Assembly (NCBI GenBank): GCA_973895155.1
Contig: OZ316893.1
Location: forward strand, 20,464,857-20,528,856
Length of the DNA: 64,000 bases
Source of the DNA: Marsupella aquatica
Lineage: Eukaryota > Plantae > Marchantiophyta
Direction of reading: 5' to 3'
Position 1 is the stretch's first letter; the number at the start of each line of letters is the position of its first letter. Of this stretch, positions 10,684-22,405 are shown in pieces. A program made the translations under genes and the position numbers. The notes beneath the pieces were generated by a model. The model made no database searches, was not told the DNA's origin, and was given only the letters and a program-made list of their open reading frames with translations.

Positions 10684-12405
10684 CACGAATGATATCCATG
10701 GTGCAAATTTTGGACTGGGTATGTTTTGGGTACTAGTTGGCCCAGGATCGGTTGCCCACCTTTGGGAAGAGGCTTTGGGTCTACAGACCTTTTCCACGAC
10801 AATATCATGTGAAGGAGCTGGTGAATTACAGTGTCTGGCGGGGTAACTATTACGACTCAAATTTTAAGTCCAAGGAGATATTTTATGGTTACGGTGTACA
10901 TGTTTCGAGGAGTTTGGGAAATCCTTCAAATTAGGTGAAGTTGTCACCGATAGCTTCGAACTTATTGAAGGTCAAGTAAAAAAACTTTCACCTGAACCAT
11001 AGCTTCTGCAATTATTTCAACCAGGAAGTGTTTTGAAAATTAGAATGCCAATTCTAGGATCTGTCACCAAGGAGTACAAAGAACTCGAGGTGGGCAAATG
11101 AGAAGCTTCCAACGAGCTCTGGGACTGAGGTATCCTTGGCCACCCCGAGGCCTACAATCTTCGATGCACTCCTTCGCTTTAAAACATTAAATAAGTCTAT
11201 CCTCCCAGGACCTCATCTGAGCCAAGCCAGATATTTTACCTTGCTTCAATCCTTGACCCACTTTCCAAAAGCACCACAGAAGACTTTGCTTTCTGAACAT
11301 TTTTGGGCCTGTATTAGAATAATCAGTCTTTCTATTAAAATTGCCAAGTGAAATAATTTAAGTTATGTTAGAGTAACGTTCTGCCAATATCCACACGACC
11401 TGTGTTTTGGCTACGATTCCGACATAAAAGCCAATTCCCAAATAATACCGAACTGTATTTAAGAAAATCACGTGTGATGGGGGAACTGATGTTGATTTTG
11501 GAAGTGCTGACGTTTCACTCGGTTTTTTGCTTGAAGCTTGTGCTAAATATTTAGATAGTAAAACTCCGTAAAGAAATCCTCCCTAGAATAGTTATTAGAG
11601 CCTGATCTACATTGAACATCTGGCCGATTCATCATAAAGATTTGAACTTGTCGTACTGTCCAGCAGGGTCCAACCAGCACGTCCTCCTGTACGAGATCGT
11701 CTTCTACTCACTTATTTAAAAAATCAAGTCGTCGTGAAGTTTGACGCAATGACATCGATCCAAGTGAAAACACCTTGCTTACACCCAAGAAAACTGGCAT
11801 TCTACCGTCAGTGGTCCTATTTTTAAAGAAAATATTTCTCAAGCAGGTTTCCAAATTTAGCGTTAAGCCCCTTCGTTACACTAACTCAACTACCAGATTA
11901 TCGCTTGTCAGCTCATGGACAGATTTAGCCTGAATCAGTTTTGTTGGGGTGGTTAAACTTTTTGAGTGCAATGAATGATTTGGCAGTGCCTCCAGATTGT
12001 CACACAATGTTCCAGCTAAAATTATTGTTTGGAGAAACTGTACAATGGTGCCAAGTGTGAACTCAAAGCCACAAAGTACTTCCTCACTGTTTGGCAGCTT
12101 GCGCTTGAAGAAGAAACAGTTGAACACTCCCTACATACCTTATGTTTTTATCTCAAATTGAACCAGACCCAATCATGCAAAGACCAGTCTAAATCAGACC
12201 CTTGCAGCAGGTTGTGTGACTGGTGCTTTATATGTTCAAATTAAGGACAGTAAAACTCTACACGAACATCGTGTCCAAAAGTTGCCAATCAATTGGTCCA
12301 GTACGAGGAAAAACAAGGACGTTTTCCTGTTAATGCAGCCAGATAAGCAGACGATTAACAAATTGTGCTACTAAAAACTTCCAAGACTATGCTGGAATCA
12401 CATCA

Positions 12406-14999
12406 TCACTTATCACCTTGCCCTTGAACATCCAAAAGACCAACCATACATTTCTCCAGGAGGAACTCAGCGTTCACCCATGCGTGGTATTTGTCTATGG
12501 TTTCCTTGTCAAGGTACATGCTCTTCCACTCAATAAATAAATCATGCCAGACACTTCAATAGCTGCTACGTTTTAAACAGACACACTAACACGCAACCAA
12601 AGAGGTGCTCAAACTCATGAGGGTAGAGAATTTAAGAGAGTTGAGAACAGAAACAGTAATCTTATAGAAAGGATACTGAAGAGAGCTGTGCCATCCTTTC
12701 CCGCTGCTTTCATCAGCATTTCTGGTCCTGCAACGCGACAAGAAATACACCACATTGTGCGCATCTCAAAAAGGGGTACCCTGCTCTTGACCCCAGAATC
12801 AGAGGGGGAAGCATATTGCCTCAGTAGCCCCTGGACAATTCCATCTCAGTTTCTAGGACTGCAAACTAAGCTGATGACTGATTCTCGCAACTTGATGCTG
12901 TGCTGTGCCATTGCCCTTTCCCTACAGCAGATACATCACAAGGCAGAAGAAACCTGAAACCGGAGTGTCGTTACGGGGCAGTTCTCTCACAACCACATGA
13001 TCTTGAGACTGGGAGCGTGCAAAATCCTATGGCCATAGCTACCAATAGGTTTGGAAAGGTTATCCAAATCCAAGGCTAAAGCAGGTCCATGAGAAGCCAC
13101 AAGCTTCAGGTCTTTGACTAACCGAGGTCATCAGATAATGTAAGACAGATGATGACCAATATTCCAAACTAGCCAGAAACGATGCAGTAGTCTGGCTCTC
13201 TTGACACCAATCCAGGGGTAGGACATGGGCGTCCCAACGAAATGAAAAACTACAACAGAGACTGCACTATGATGCATGCCCTATGACTAAACCTATAACA
13301 ATGTCACTTGAACGTTGAGGGATGATACCGGTGCACCACTTCTAGAGCTTGCGAATAAGTCTGAGAAGTGGCGGCCACAAGTACCTGGTGATCCTGGATA
13401 GCTAGTGCGAGTATGAAGTTTTCAATAATTGATATTGAAAGCTGCTTAACAGACTTGGCGCTCTCATTAATTGTTTAAATAATGAGAGCGCCAAGTGATT
13501 TGTAATACGAATTCGTGGAGCAAGACTTGTCGGTTCTAACATGAAACATAGCGTTCAGGATAGAGATACCAAATCCTAGGCAACAGGAGATTATGAACTG
13601 CAAATCAAGACTTCAAGCAATCCTAGATCTACCCCCTGTTCAAGGAAGACCAGTATTGCAACAAATTACTTACCTCCCGGATGGAACTTCAGGTATGGAG
13701 TGACATTGTAGACACGACCTCGAAGGATAGTCCATGCCTCGCCTTCACTTTGGTGTTTCTTAACCTCCTCCATAGTTAACAACCTTCTGGGTGATTCCCC
13801 CTTCAGCCCTGTCCAGATAGATCATCAAACTGTCAATTCGAGAAAAAAACTCACATGTGCCCAAAAACTGATAAGGGCTACATCAGTAGATGTATTTCGA
13901 CAGAAACCGTGGGACGTGTAAATTGTTCCAGCGTATAACGTATTATAAAAATATAATACCGAACATGTCTACCAACGCAATTGCATTCTGGCAGTATCGC
14001 AATATCATTCACTGAAGTTACCAAACCAAATTGCTCCTGTATATGCAAACGAGTCAATACTGCAGATTCGTCCTGACATTGAACACCGAAATAAATGATT
14101 CAAGGGCAAGGAATCCGCGAGAAGTCCTTATTGATCCCAAGCCAGAGCCAACCGAGAAACCACCGCAGTAAAATCACAGCCTCCAGTTTGTATAGTGATG
14201 TAACATAAAATTATCTCGACCTCCGACGAAACAATTTACATTGATTCAAAGAAGCTAGGAAACAGAAGAACTTCCACTGCCCAGGTAATCGTGTCAACAG
14301 GATTTCAGTGGGTATACGAGAATGCGGGGTTCTATCGTCTCCTCAGTGCAAAACAAACAGGAAGGCCAGGATGGTTAGTGGGAGGGTAAATGAAAGGAAT
14401 CAAAAGATACCTGCAAGATCGGATTCAGATTGCATGAGCCTGAGCCAGACCATTTGACTGTAGCCCTTCTCCAGTGGGACTTTGTTTCTGGCTGGGGCTT
14501 TTGGCCTTGGTGTATCCCTTTGCTGCACCGGAGCTGGAGGAGCAGCAAAAGACGACGAGGACGCGCTGTTGAACTGATAATTGCTACCAGGAGCTGCTGG
14601 AGGAGCTACTGCTGGAGCTGCTGCCAGGGCAACCGGAGGATTGGGAGGAAAGTAGACTGGCGTCATGGGCAGCACTTGTGGAGGTCCAGCAGGAGCAGAA
14701 GAGGAGGAAGATGAGGTCATCTCATCATCACTATACAGAGGCGGAGCAAAGAAGTTGGGGTCTACAGCAGCAGAGACTGCAAAGTAATTCCTCAAAGGAT
14801 TGGGAATGGAGAGTCTTGGTGGGGAGATCCTGAGGGCAGTTCCAAAGTGGTCCGCAGTTCGAGACACCGAAGAATTGAAGCTATCGTTCGCCATCGAAGG
14901 AGTTGCTGCCGACTCATCGTCCTCAACGTCTGCCATTCCTACATCCGCATTGCCCCCATCTCGACCGCCCACTGGTGCGAACCCTGGAAACTGAGCCAT
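12406..14999 (-). CDS. RLF: Cytochrome b5-like heme-binding protein, REDUCED LATERAL ROOT FORMATION-like (4 exons)
   Basis: Exons 14999-14411, 13808-13674, 12727-12677, 12494-12406. Motifs [57 protein letters not shown]. Confidence 0.88.
12495..12676 (-). other. U12-type (minor spliceosome) GT-AG intron
   Basis: 5' splice site /GTATCCTTT. Branch-like TACCTTGAC ~13 nt before the AG, with no polypyrimidine tract. Splicing restores TALF-N-KYHAW. Confidence 0.85.
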
Positions 15000-15957
15000 T
15001 GAATGCTCCTATTGCCACCTCCAATTCCTCCCCTTCCTCTGCAACAATGAAGAAAGGTGACAACTAGCACTCGCAACGCAAAGGACGTCAAGCTGGAGCT
15101 GATGCAAAGGCTGGAGAGTCTCAATTGAGAATGAAACTGACATCTCTCGCTTTCTCCTCCGTTCCTCCTGCTCCTCACTTCTCCCAGTCGTTAATGCTCG
15201 CCACTCCTTGCTATTTCTGCAGAGGAGCCCATCATCATCGCTCTCGTCCCGCTTGAGAAACGACCCACCACCTCAGAATCCTTTCCTCTCTCGCCTTTCC
15301 GACTCCAAGGCCATATTTCACTAGACTCTAATCATTCTATGCCTTCGTCTTCAGCTCAAAAACCCTTCCAGAACCCTAAAAAGGACTACTTTTCATCTTC
15401 CCTCATTCCCTCAGCTCCACAGTCTTCTATCCGTTTCGGAATTCACCCTCACATCTAAATGTCTGCTCCCCGTTTGCGCTCATCATCACATCCGGCTTCG
15501 GAATGAGCAGACTGATGCATCAATGCTCCCTCCCACTGGTCTATTCTTCCATGTTGCTGCCCAATTCTCTACCAGCTTGCCTCCACCTCGATGCCACAAT
15601 TCCAGGACAGCACTTGAAGAGGCGGAAACGAAATTGACGGCTTGGACACTGCTGAAAGAAAGGTCTGTGGATCTCTAGGGAGGGGAGATGGTGATGGGGA
15701 GGGGGAGGGGGAGGGGAGAGGGTTAGTGGGTGACCAGCCTGGAGTCGTGGTTTCTGGCTTCCCAACTTTCTTCGAGGGTTTGTTTGCCAGTCTAGGAGAA
15801 TCATCTCTCTTCATAGGGGATTGAATGGATAGTGAGTTTCGGTTTCCAACACGAGGTACAGTAACCCTGAGTGAGGGACCACCAACAATCAAAATGATTG
15901 TTTAGTGCGGATCACATAATATGCTCAGAATCTAGAGTGGGTGATTCACAATTTGGC

Positions 15958-16089
15958 AGGATAGTTAAATGTCCATAAACTAGCCCAAATACCACTGCAC
16001 GGCACGGAAAGTGCACAGGATAGTAGTGTTTGGATAGTTAACTTTCCATAAAGTAGCCCAAATACCAGTGCACAGGATAGTAGAGTTTA
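15958..16089. repeat. Left part of a minisatellite-like array (GGATAGTAGAGTTTGGATAGT...CCATAAACTAGCCCAAATACCAGTGCACA)
   Basis: About 2.5 units; the same unit resumes at 20165. Confidence 0.85.
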
Positions 16090-16102
16090 TGTCTAGGACA
16101 AT

Positions 16103-16239
16103 GACGGTCTGGTCGACCGTTACTAGGTTGTAACGGGCCAACCAGGTTCCAACACAGTCGCAACCGGCGGTAGCCGGGAGCGATTGTGGAGGAACCAGGG
16201 AGAGCTGGTACAACCTAGTAACAGACGACCAAGATCGTC
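16103..16239. repeat. 137-bp mini element with ~30-bp inverted repeats next to the Crypton left end
   Basis: GACGGTCT-GGTCGACCGTTACTAGGTTGTA (16103-16132) matches the reverse complement of 16209-16239, GACGATCTTGGTCGTCTGTTACTAGGTTGTA. Confidence 0.8.
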
Positions 16240-16897
16240 CTTAACGTATGTAATCTTGATCTCAGTCTCGGTTACCGGTCAACAATACAGCGACAAACTT
16301 CGAGCAGCAGGAGGGGTAAAGAACGACTGGGGGCATGGGATTGGGTCATTCAATGTTTTTTGATTTGAGTGAGCAGACAAGTCGCGACGAGCGGTAGCGC
16401 CAATTAGGGAAAGCTTGTGTTCGATGCACTCAATTTCAGTAGAGGTTCATGTTATTGATTGGAGACGGAGCAATGTTTGAGCAGGAAATGGCGAGTTGCT
16501 TGGAGCAGGGAGTGGCTGCAGTCAATTCAATGTGAGTTTTGAATGTTTTGAAATTGTGCAGGTATGGCGAGTTTCTTGGAGCGGGCTAGACGGACAACAC
16601 TATCCTGTTTCAAATTTGTTTCCTAATTTTCTTGAGCTAGTTGCTTGGAGCGGGAGGTATTTCAATGCAAGTTGTGTGCAGGGCCAGGATGGCGAGTTTC
16701 TTGGAGCGGGAGAGAATACTCTTTGTGAGTTGTTTGTTTCCTTGCAAGTCGCGAACATTTTCTATTTCTTGAATATAATTATTGAGTTGAGAGTTAGTAG
16801 ATGACTCTCGTTTGAGTTGTTGATAGTGCATTTTATTATGATCACCCCGGTGGGGAACTTGGTCTCATTTTCGGAAATTCTGCTGTCTGTTCAGTCT

Positions 16898-19289
16898 ATG
16901 CTGCCTGGATGCGAAGACGTGCAACACAGCATGGCGGAGGTGAGTGGAGGAATCCAGGTGAGTGACATTGTGGGGATAACTGAAGGAGCAATTACATAGG
17001 TGCCAGAGGAGTGGAGCTCCGAAGAGTCCGATTTCCTTTACGTAGATGACCTGAACGGTCTGAATCGCCTGAATGATGATGAGGAGATTGATGTTGATAG
17101 TCTTGATATGTCGAACATTATTTATGAGGTCTCAAGAGAGAGAGTAGCAGTTAATGTCGTGACCACTCTTGCTGAGCATTCTGAAGTCATTTCTCCTGGT
17201 GAGACATCAAACGGAAGGGTGATTACTAAGGTAAGTATGCCAGGACTGCGGGCGCTTCCCGACCCTGGTTTAGTAAACGCAGGCAAGGGGCAAGAAAGAC
17301 TTCCCTCAGAAAACAACGATAGGTGGGCCATGAAACAAGCTAACGATCTGAGGAGAGGGCTAGGTTGGGATATGTCGGTAGCATTAGGAGACTTATCGTT
17401 GAGGCAGCTTGATGAGCTACTGAGCAATCTGTTTTCAAGAGTTGTAAAGGTGGATGGGACACCTTATCCCTCATCTACACTCATGAATATGTGTAATGGA
17501 TTCAATCGGATCATTAGAAGAGCCAGTGACATCAGGTCTTTGAAACAAGAGACGAATCTAGTTGACCGAGAGTTCAACATAAACTCTCATCCAGCATTTG
17601 CAAAAATGCGCATAGTTGTTACAGCTGCAATCAAGAAAAGTGCAAAGGAAGGGGTGAATAAGAAGAAAGTGAAAGTAAAGTGTCACTCACTCGGTCCGAT
17701 CCGTGAGTCTTTCTTGAGATTGCTTTGATACTTTATACTCAAGTGAGAATCTGTCAGTCTGTAACCGTGACTGTCTGCTTGGTTTCCTCCATATTACTGT
17801 GCGGTGTAATCTCTAATGCTCTTGCTTTCATGCTGCAGTCAGAAATACAGAGTGACTGAAGAACATGAGAAAGCAATTTTGGCTGATATCGATCATCAGG
17901 TCACGTCAAGCCATGGCTGCCAAAAACGTTTGGCATTTTTTTTCCTTGTGAGGCTAGGTATCCGTGGAGGAATGGAACTCTGGAATTTGCACAGGGACGA
18001 TATCACTGTAAGCATGGACAAGGCTGGGAGAGAGTATATTAAGTGAGTACTTGATCCATCTATTCAAATTTATTTGATGATGTTTATAAGTTCAGTTTCT
18101 TGAATGCTTGAACTGACATTTTCTTGTTGGCATTTGTGTGGCAGATTTGAGGAGCGAATGAGTAAAAACAACAATTACAGTATGGATCGCTACAGTGAGG
18201 AGCAGTTCAGGAATGTTTACCATAGTTAAGAAGAAGATTTTGTGATGACTGTGAAACAGTATAAACATCACTTGCCAGCTATTGAGGAGGCTAAAAAGCC
18301 AGATTTGTTTATGCAAGCTATAACTAACCGTGCTGGCAATGCGTGGTACAACAAGGCTCATAAAGTTGGTAAGGGTGCTGCAAGAGGTTGGTTGAAGAAT
18401 ATGGCCTTACTAGTTGGATTACCTCCAAAAATCTTCACAAATCGGAGTGGAAGAGCAACGTTGGTGACTCGCATGGCTGCGAAGGGTGTACCTGACGAGG
18501 TAGGCATGGCTATTACTGGCCATCAAAGTACTGAAGGTTACAAGAGGTATGACCAAACTCAGAGACTGAAAATGGAGGCTACAGCATTAGTATCTGCAAA
18601 TTCAAAGTTGGATTATGATCAAGCACTGGCTTATGTGTCGAGAGAACATTTGTGGAGGAGGAACTAGTCGGGTCGTCTTCAGCATTGAAACCCCTGATTG
18701 ACAGGGTGAGCAACACATGCAACCTGCAGATAGCGCTGGCAAAGGGATTAGAGGTACGTGAGTTATTGATTGTTTTGGTACTCAAATAGTTGCCTAGCTT
18801 CGACACTTAGCTATTTGCTGATCTGCATTTATTCTGTGATTCTTCGCAGGGATCTGAGAAATCACAGGAGAATGAGAATTCTGATACACAGTTGGCACTC
18901 ACAAAGCAAAATCAGGTAAACACATTTGGAAATTGCTTCAATTGTCTATGTTTCCCTTTAAGAATGGTTTCAGTTATCTGACTGCACATTTAATTTGTGT
19001 TTTCTCTCAGGAGCCAAATGCTTTGAAGTTGTCGAAGGCAAAGAGCAATGAACTAAAGAGCAATGAAGTTTTTGCGTTCCCTTACTACAATGATGGGGTT
19101 GACTACAGGGCTGAATTTGCAAAAGATCCAATACTCTATGGAAGAATGTGTGGGTTGTTTAAAAGACCCAATGTTTCCGTAAAAAATAGCCTGACTGGGA
19201 ATCAGTTTCACAATTGTTCAATGACCATCAAGATTGTGCAGCCAACTAAGGAGGAGGAGAATAAGGAGAACGTGGCTTCATCAAGTTAG
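16898..19289 (+). pseudogene. Intron-containing Crypton/DUF3504-type tyrosine recombinase gene, lightly disrupted
   Basis: Predicted exons ~16898-16939, 17000-17674, 17843-18042, 18145-18753, 18851-18915, 19010-19289. Motifs KVDGTPYPSSTL, LGIRGGMELWNL, FEERMSKN, WY..VG, FTNRSGRAT, ITGHQSTEGYKRY, C-terminal FHNCSMTI. In-frame TAA at 18227-18229 and a probable frameshift near 18650. Confidence 0.8.
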
Positions 19290-20164
19290 ATTCTATAGAT
19301 TAGCAGTAGCACCCTGATAGTCTAGCAATAGAGCATATAGATCAGACAGATTGAGTCTGCCAACATTTTGATTACGATAGATCAAGTCTGAAATACCACA
19401 ACATTATGCATTCAGTTTCGACCATTGTGAGTTAGCAGTAGCTCAGCACCCTGACAGTCTAGCAATAGAGCATACAGATCAGACAGATTGAATCTGCCAA
19501 CAGTTTCTTTACGACTATGAGCAACATTAATTTTGAATACGATAGATGAAGTGCGAAATACCACAACATTATGCATTCAGTTTCGACCATTGTGAGTCTT
19601 TCAGACTCTTGGGTGACTCGACACCTTGGTCCCCTTTGAGTAAAGTGGAATCCTTTTCTCAAAAAAAGAGTGTCCGTTTTGTAGTGTCACGATGCTATGC
19701 GGTGTGATTGGATGTTCACTAATAGGAAAGGGAATTAATGAGACATGAATTAATGAGAATTGAGGATCTAAAACCGCTAAGCGTGGCTGGCTGGATAATT
19801 GAATACTGAACAAATTGATGCGCTGGTTGATGTGCTAACCGGAGATATTAAAATTGCATGGACGGAATATTGAAGATACTATTTCCAACTCCGAATTGAT
19901 GTGTTGGCTGATGTGCTAACCGGATTGCATGGACGGAATATCGAAGATACTATTTCTCAACTCTGTAAAGCGATTACGTAGCTCTCTAGGGCCATTACGG
20001 GATTTCCGTCCATACATTACAGGTAGCCGTTGTGTCAGGAGGGATCGTTACGTAAATGTTACAGGTAGCCATTGTGTCAGGAGGGATTCTTATGCAAATG
20101 GGGACCTCCTATAGAAACGTTCACCATACGGTAACCGGGACTAGAGACCAAGATTACAGTCACA

Positions 20165-20865
20165 TAGCCCCCAGGATAGTAGTGTTTGGATAGTAAAGGT
20201 TTCCATAAACTAGCCCAAATATCCCCTTGTTTTTGTCATCAGAGCCTTTTTTGGGGAGCAGGTGTCTGTGGCTCTTCAGTGGGCCAAGGCTTTCATCCTC
20301 CTTCGTAGGGCTGAGACAGGTGGTTTTAGGGCTTCTAGATAGGTTCTGTTTTGGGACCCTCCTTTGCAGTTACTCCAAAGCTCTACCAGGTTTTTCAGTT
20401 CTCTCCGCTCAGTAGGGTGTTAGCCTTCACGGCTCCTTTGGAAGTTACTTTTTTGTCTTTGTTCCTTCATCGGCTTTTGGTTGGGGACCCCTTGGCTTGT
20501 TTTTCTTGGGGCCCTTTCCCCTCTTTTCCTCCCCTTCATTGGGTTGCTTTGCCTTTGGGATCATGTCTCCCAGTTCGGCATTTTTTGCCCTTGGGCACTG
20601 TAGTAAAGTTTACAATGGAGTAGCCTCCGAGGATAGTAGAGTTTGGATAGTAAAGGTTTCCATAAACTAGCCCAAATACACTGCACAGGATAGTAGAGGT
20701 TTACAATAAAGTAACCCCTAAGGATAGTAGAGTTTGGATAGTAAAGGTTTCCATAAACCAGCTCAAATACCAGTGCACAGGATAGTGCAGTTAGTAACAT
20801 ACTAGCCCCTGAGGATAGTAGAGTTTGGATCCCGGTTTGGATAGCAAATATTTCCATAAACTAGC
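20165..20865. repeat. Right part of the same minisatellite-like array, interrupted by a CRE fragment
   Basis: GGATAGTAGAGTTTGGATAGTAAAGGTTTCCATAAACTAGCCCAAATA units at ~20173, 20630, 20722 and 20813. Confidence 0.85.
20221..20595 (+). mobile_element. 5'-truncated, diverged copy of the CRE-type element (ORF C-terminus plus 3' UTR)
   Basis: Translates VIRAFFGEQVSVALQWAKAFILLRRAETGG...DPPLQ..KLYQ, compared with VITAFFRQRVSIALQRAQAFTILRRGEAVG...DPPMQFTTELYQ at ~7190-7350. Confidence 0.8.
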
Positions 20866-22298
20866 CTGAGTATGGCTGATTCACTGTAATGGTTCCCCAT
20901 ACCCAGACTCCACATGATGCCCGTCCCTCTTCACAAGCATATCCAAAGATCAAAATTTTAATTAACAGACATCAGAGCCTCTGGTTTCACTCATGAAGAA
21001 TGGACTTTGATCACAAATTAGAGTATAGATAAAACAGTTGAGATGTAAGGTGGGTCATCAGGTGAAGGCTGAAGACTGAGCTACCTTTTTTTAAATTTAT
21101 TGGAAGAAAAAGGAGCCACACGGGCCGTCAATGACACGCAAGGGGACGAAGGCCACCCAAGAAGGAAACAATGGGCCCAACCCCAGGCAAGCCAAAGCCA
21201 AACACACTAATCAGGCCAATGGGTACGAACGATCCACCCCATCAGAAGACTAGCATGAACCTTATTTCTCTTAGCACTACCTTGTCTCTTTTTCTCACAA
21301 TTCCAGTACTTTCTATTATCCTCAACAGGATTCTTACTGTGCCACATGTTATGGGGGGGGGGGGGGGTGCTCCATATATTGAGACCCCCAAGAACCAGCA
21401 TTGGTGATGACATATGCAACAATGTCTGTGTCAATTGTTGTTGTCATCTTCTTTAGCTCCATATAGCTCAGAAATCCATCTCAGCTATATGGAGTGTTCA
21501 ATTGTGAGTCAAGAGGCAGATATGTGATCTGGAGGCATGATTAACCAGCTATTGCAAGGAATCCTTCATTTGCTTTAGCTACTTCACTTTGATGTCAAGT
21601 CAATAATTGACTGCCTCAAATTCAGAATTGATGCAGTTAGTGAAACTCCAAGGCACTCAAGCTACAAACAGAAGCCTTGTTCGTTTTATTTACCAACTTT
21701 CTCTCAATTATAGACAGAAATTCAAAGCAATGATACTTAAATGTGCAATCCTGGTTGAGCTTAAAAGAGAGAGTTGAGCCCACAGATCAACAAAGACCAC
21801 TCAACCAGTAAATGGAATTCCTGGACATAACTATTTAGAGTTCTGGCCCGATTCTTGCCTCAGAAATCTGACTATCCATTTTCAAATCAATTAATCCTTT
21901 AGCGGTTCAATGTCCTTGTCTATAATTTTCTGCATATGGACCCAGACACCATGAGGATCAGTAGATACCATACATGAATGGGTTTGTGAGTGCTTGTAAA
22001 GCCAACTACTGTTATTTCCACTCACTAACCCCAATTCATTGAACATGAGTAGTGAGCAAGACAATACAAATGTCACCAAAATATATTTTTTATTCATATT
22101 CTTTAAAGGTTCATAAATTGATAAAAAAATTATCATCTGTATAATCATTTTAATAATTATATATACCATAGCATACTCTTATATATATATATATATGATA
22201 TATATGATGACTATAAAGTCCATTTTTTAATGTAAACTATAAATGACAAATGACATACGAGTTTTCACATTTAGATGATGAACCATGGAGTTGCGTTC

Positions 22299-22405
22299 GA
22301 GGCTTCACTCTAGGAGCCTAAGCCCCAAATCAAATCTAGCTTGTAGTTGACTTCTAGAGGCTTCACTTAGGAGCCTAAGCCCCAAATCTAACTTGTAGTT
22401 GACAG
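22299..22405. repeat. ~58-bp tandem duplication (GAGGCTTCAC...AGGAGCCTAAGCCCCAAATC...CTTGTAGTTGAC)
   Basis: Two visible copies. Confidence 0.75.

Larger units (their letters stand above)
16090..20164 (+). mobile_element. Crypton-like tyrosine-recombinase DNA transposon (~4.1 kb)
   Basis: Interrupts a tandem array. Imperfect subterminal inverted repeats at 16249-16277 and 20129-20158. Encodes a spliced DUF3504/Crypton-type recombinase. No RT, LTR or DDE transposase seen. Confidence 0.78.

Noticed and set aside
3702-20164. DIRS/Ngaro retrotransposon combining the RT and the tyrosine recombinase
   Set aside because: The RT is non-LTR CRE-type with its own RLE and TSD, and two host genes separate it from the YR gene.
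15958-20865. CRISPR-like repeat array next to a recombinase
   Set aside because: Units are degenerate tandem repeats without unique equal-length spacers, there are no cas genes, and the context is eukaryotic.
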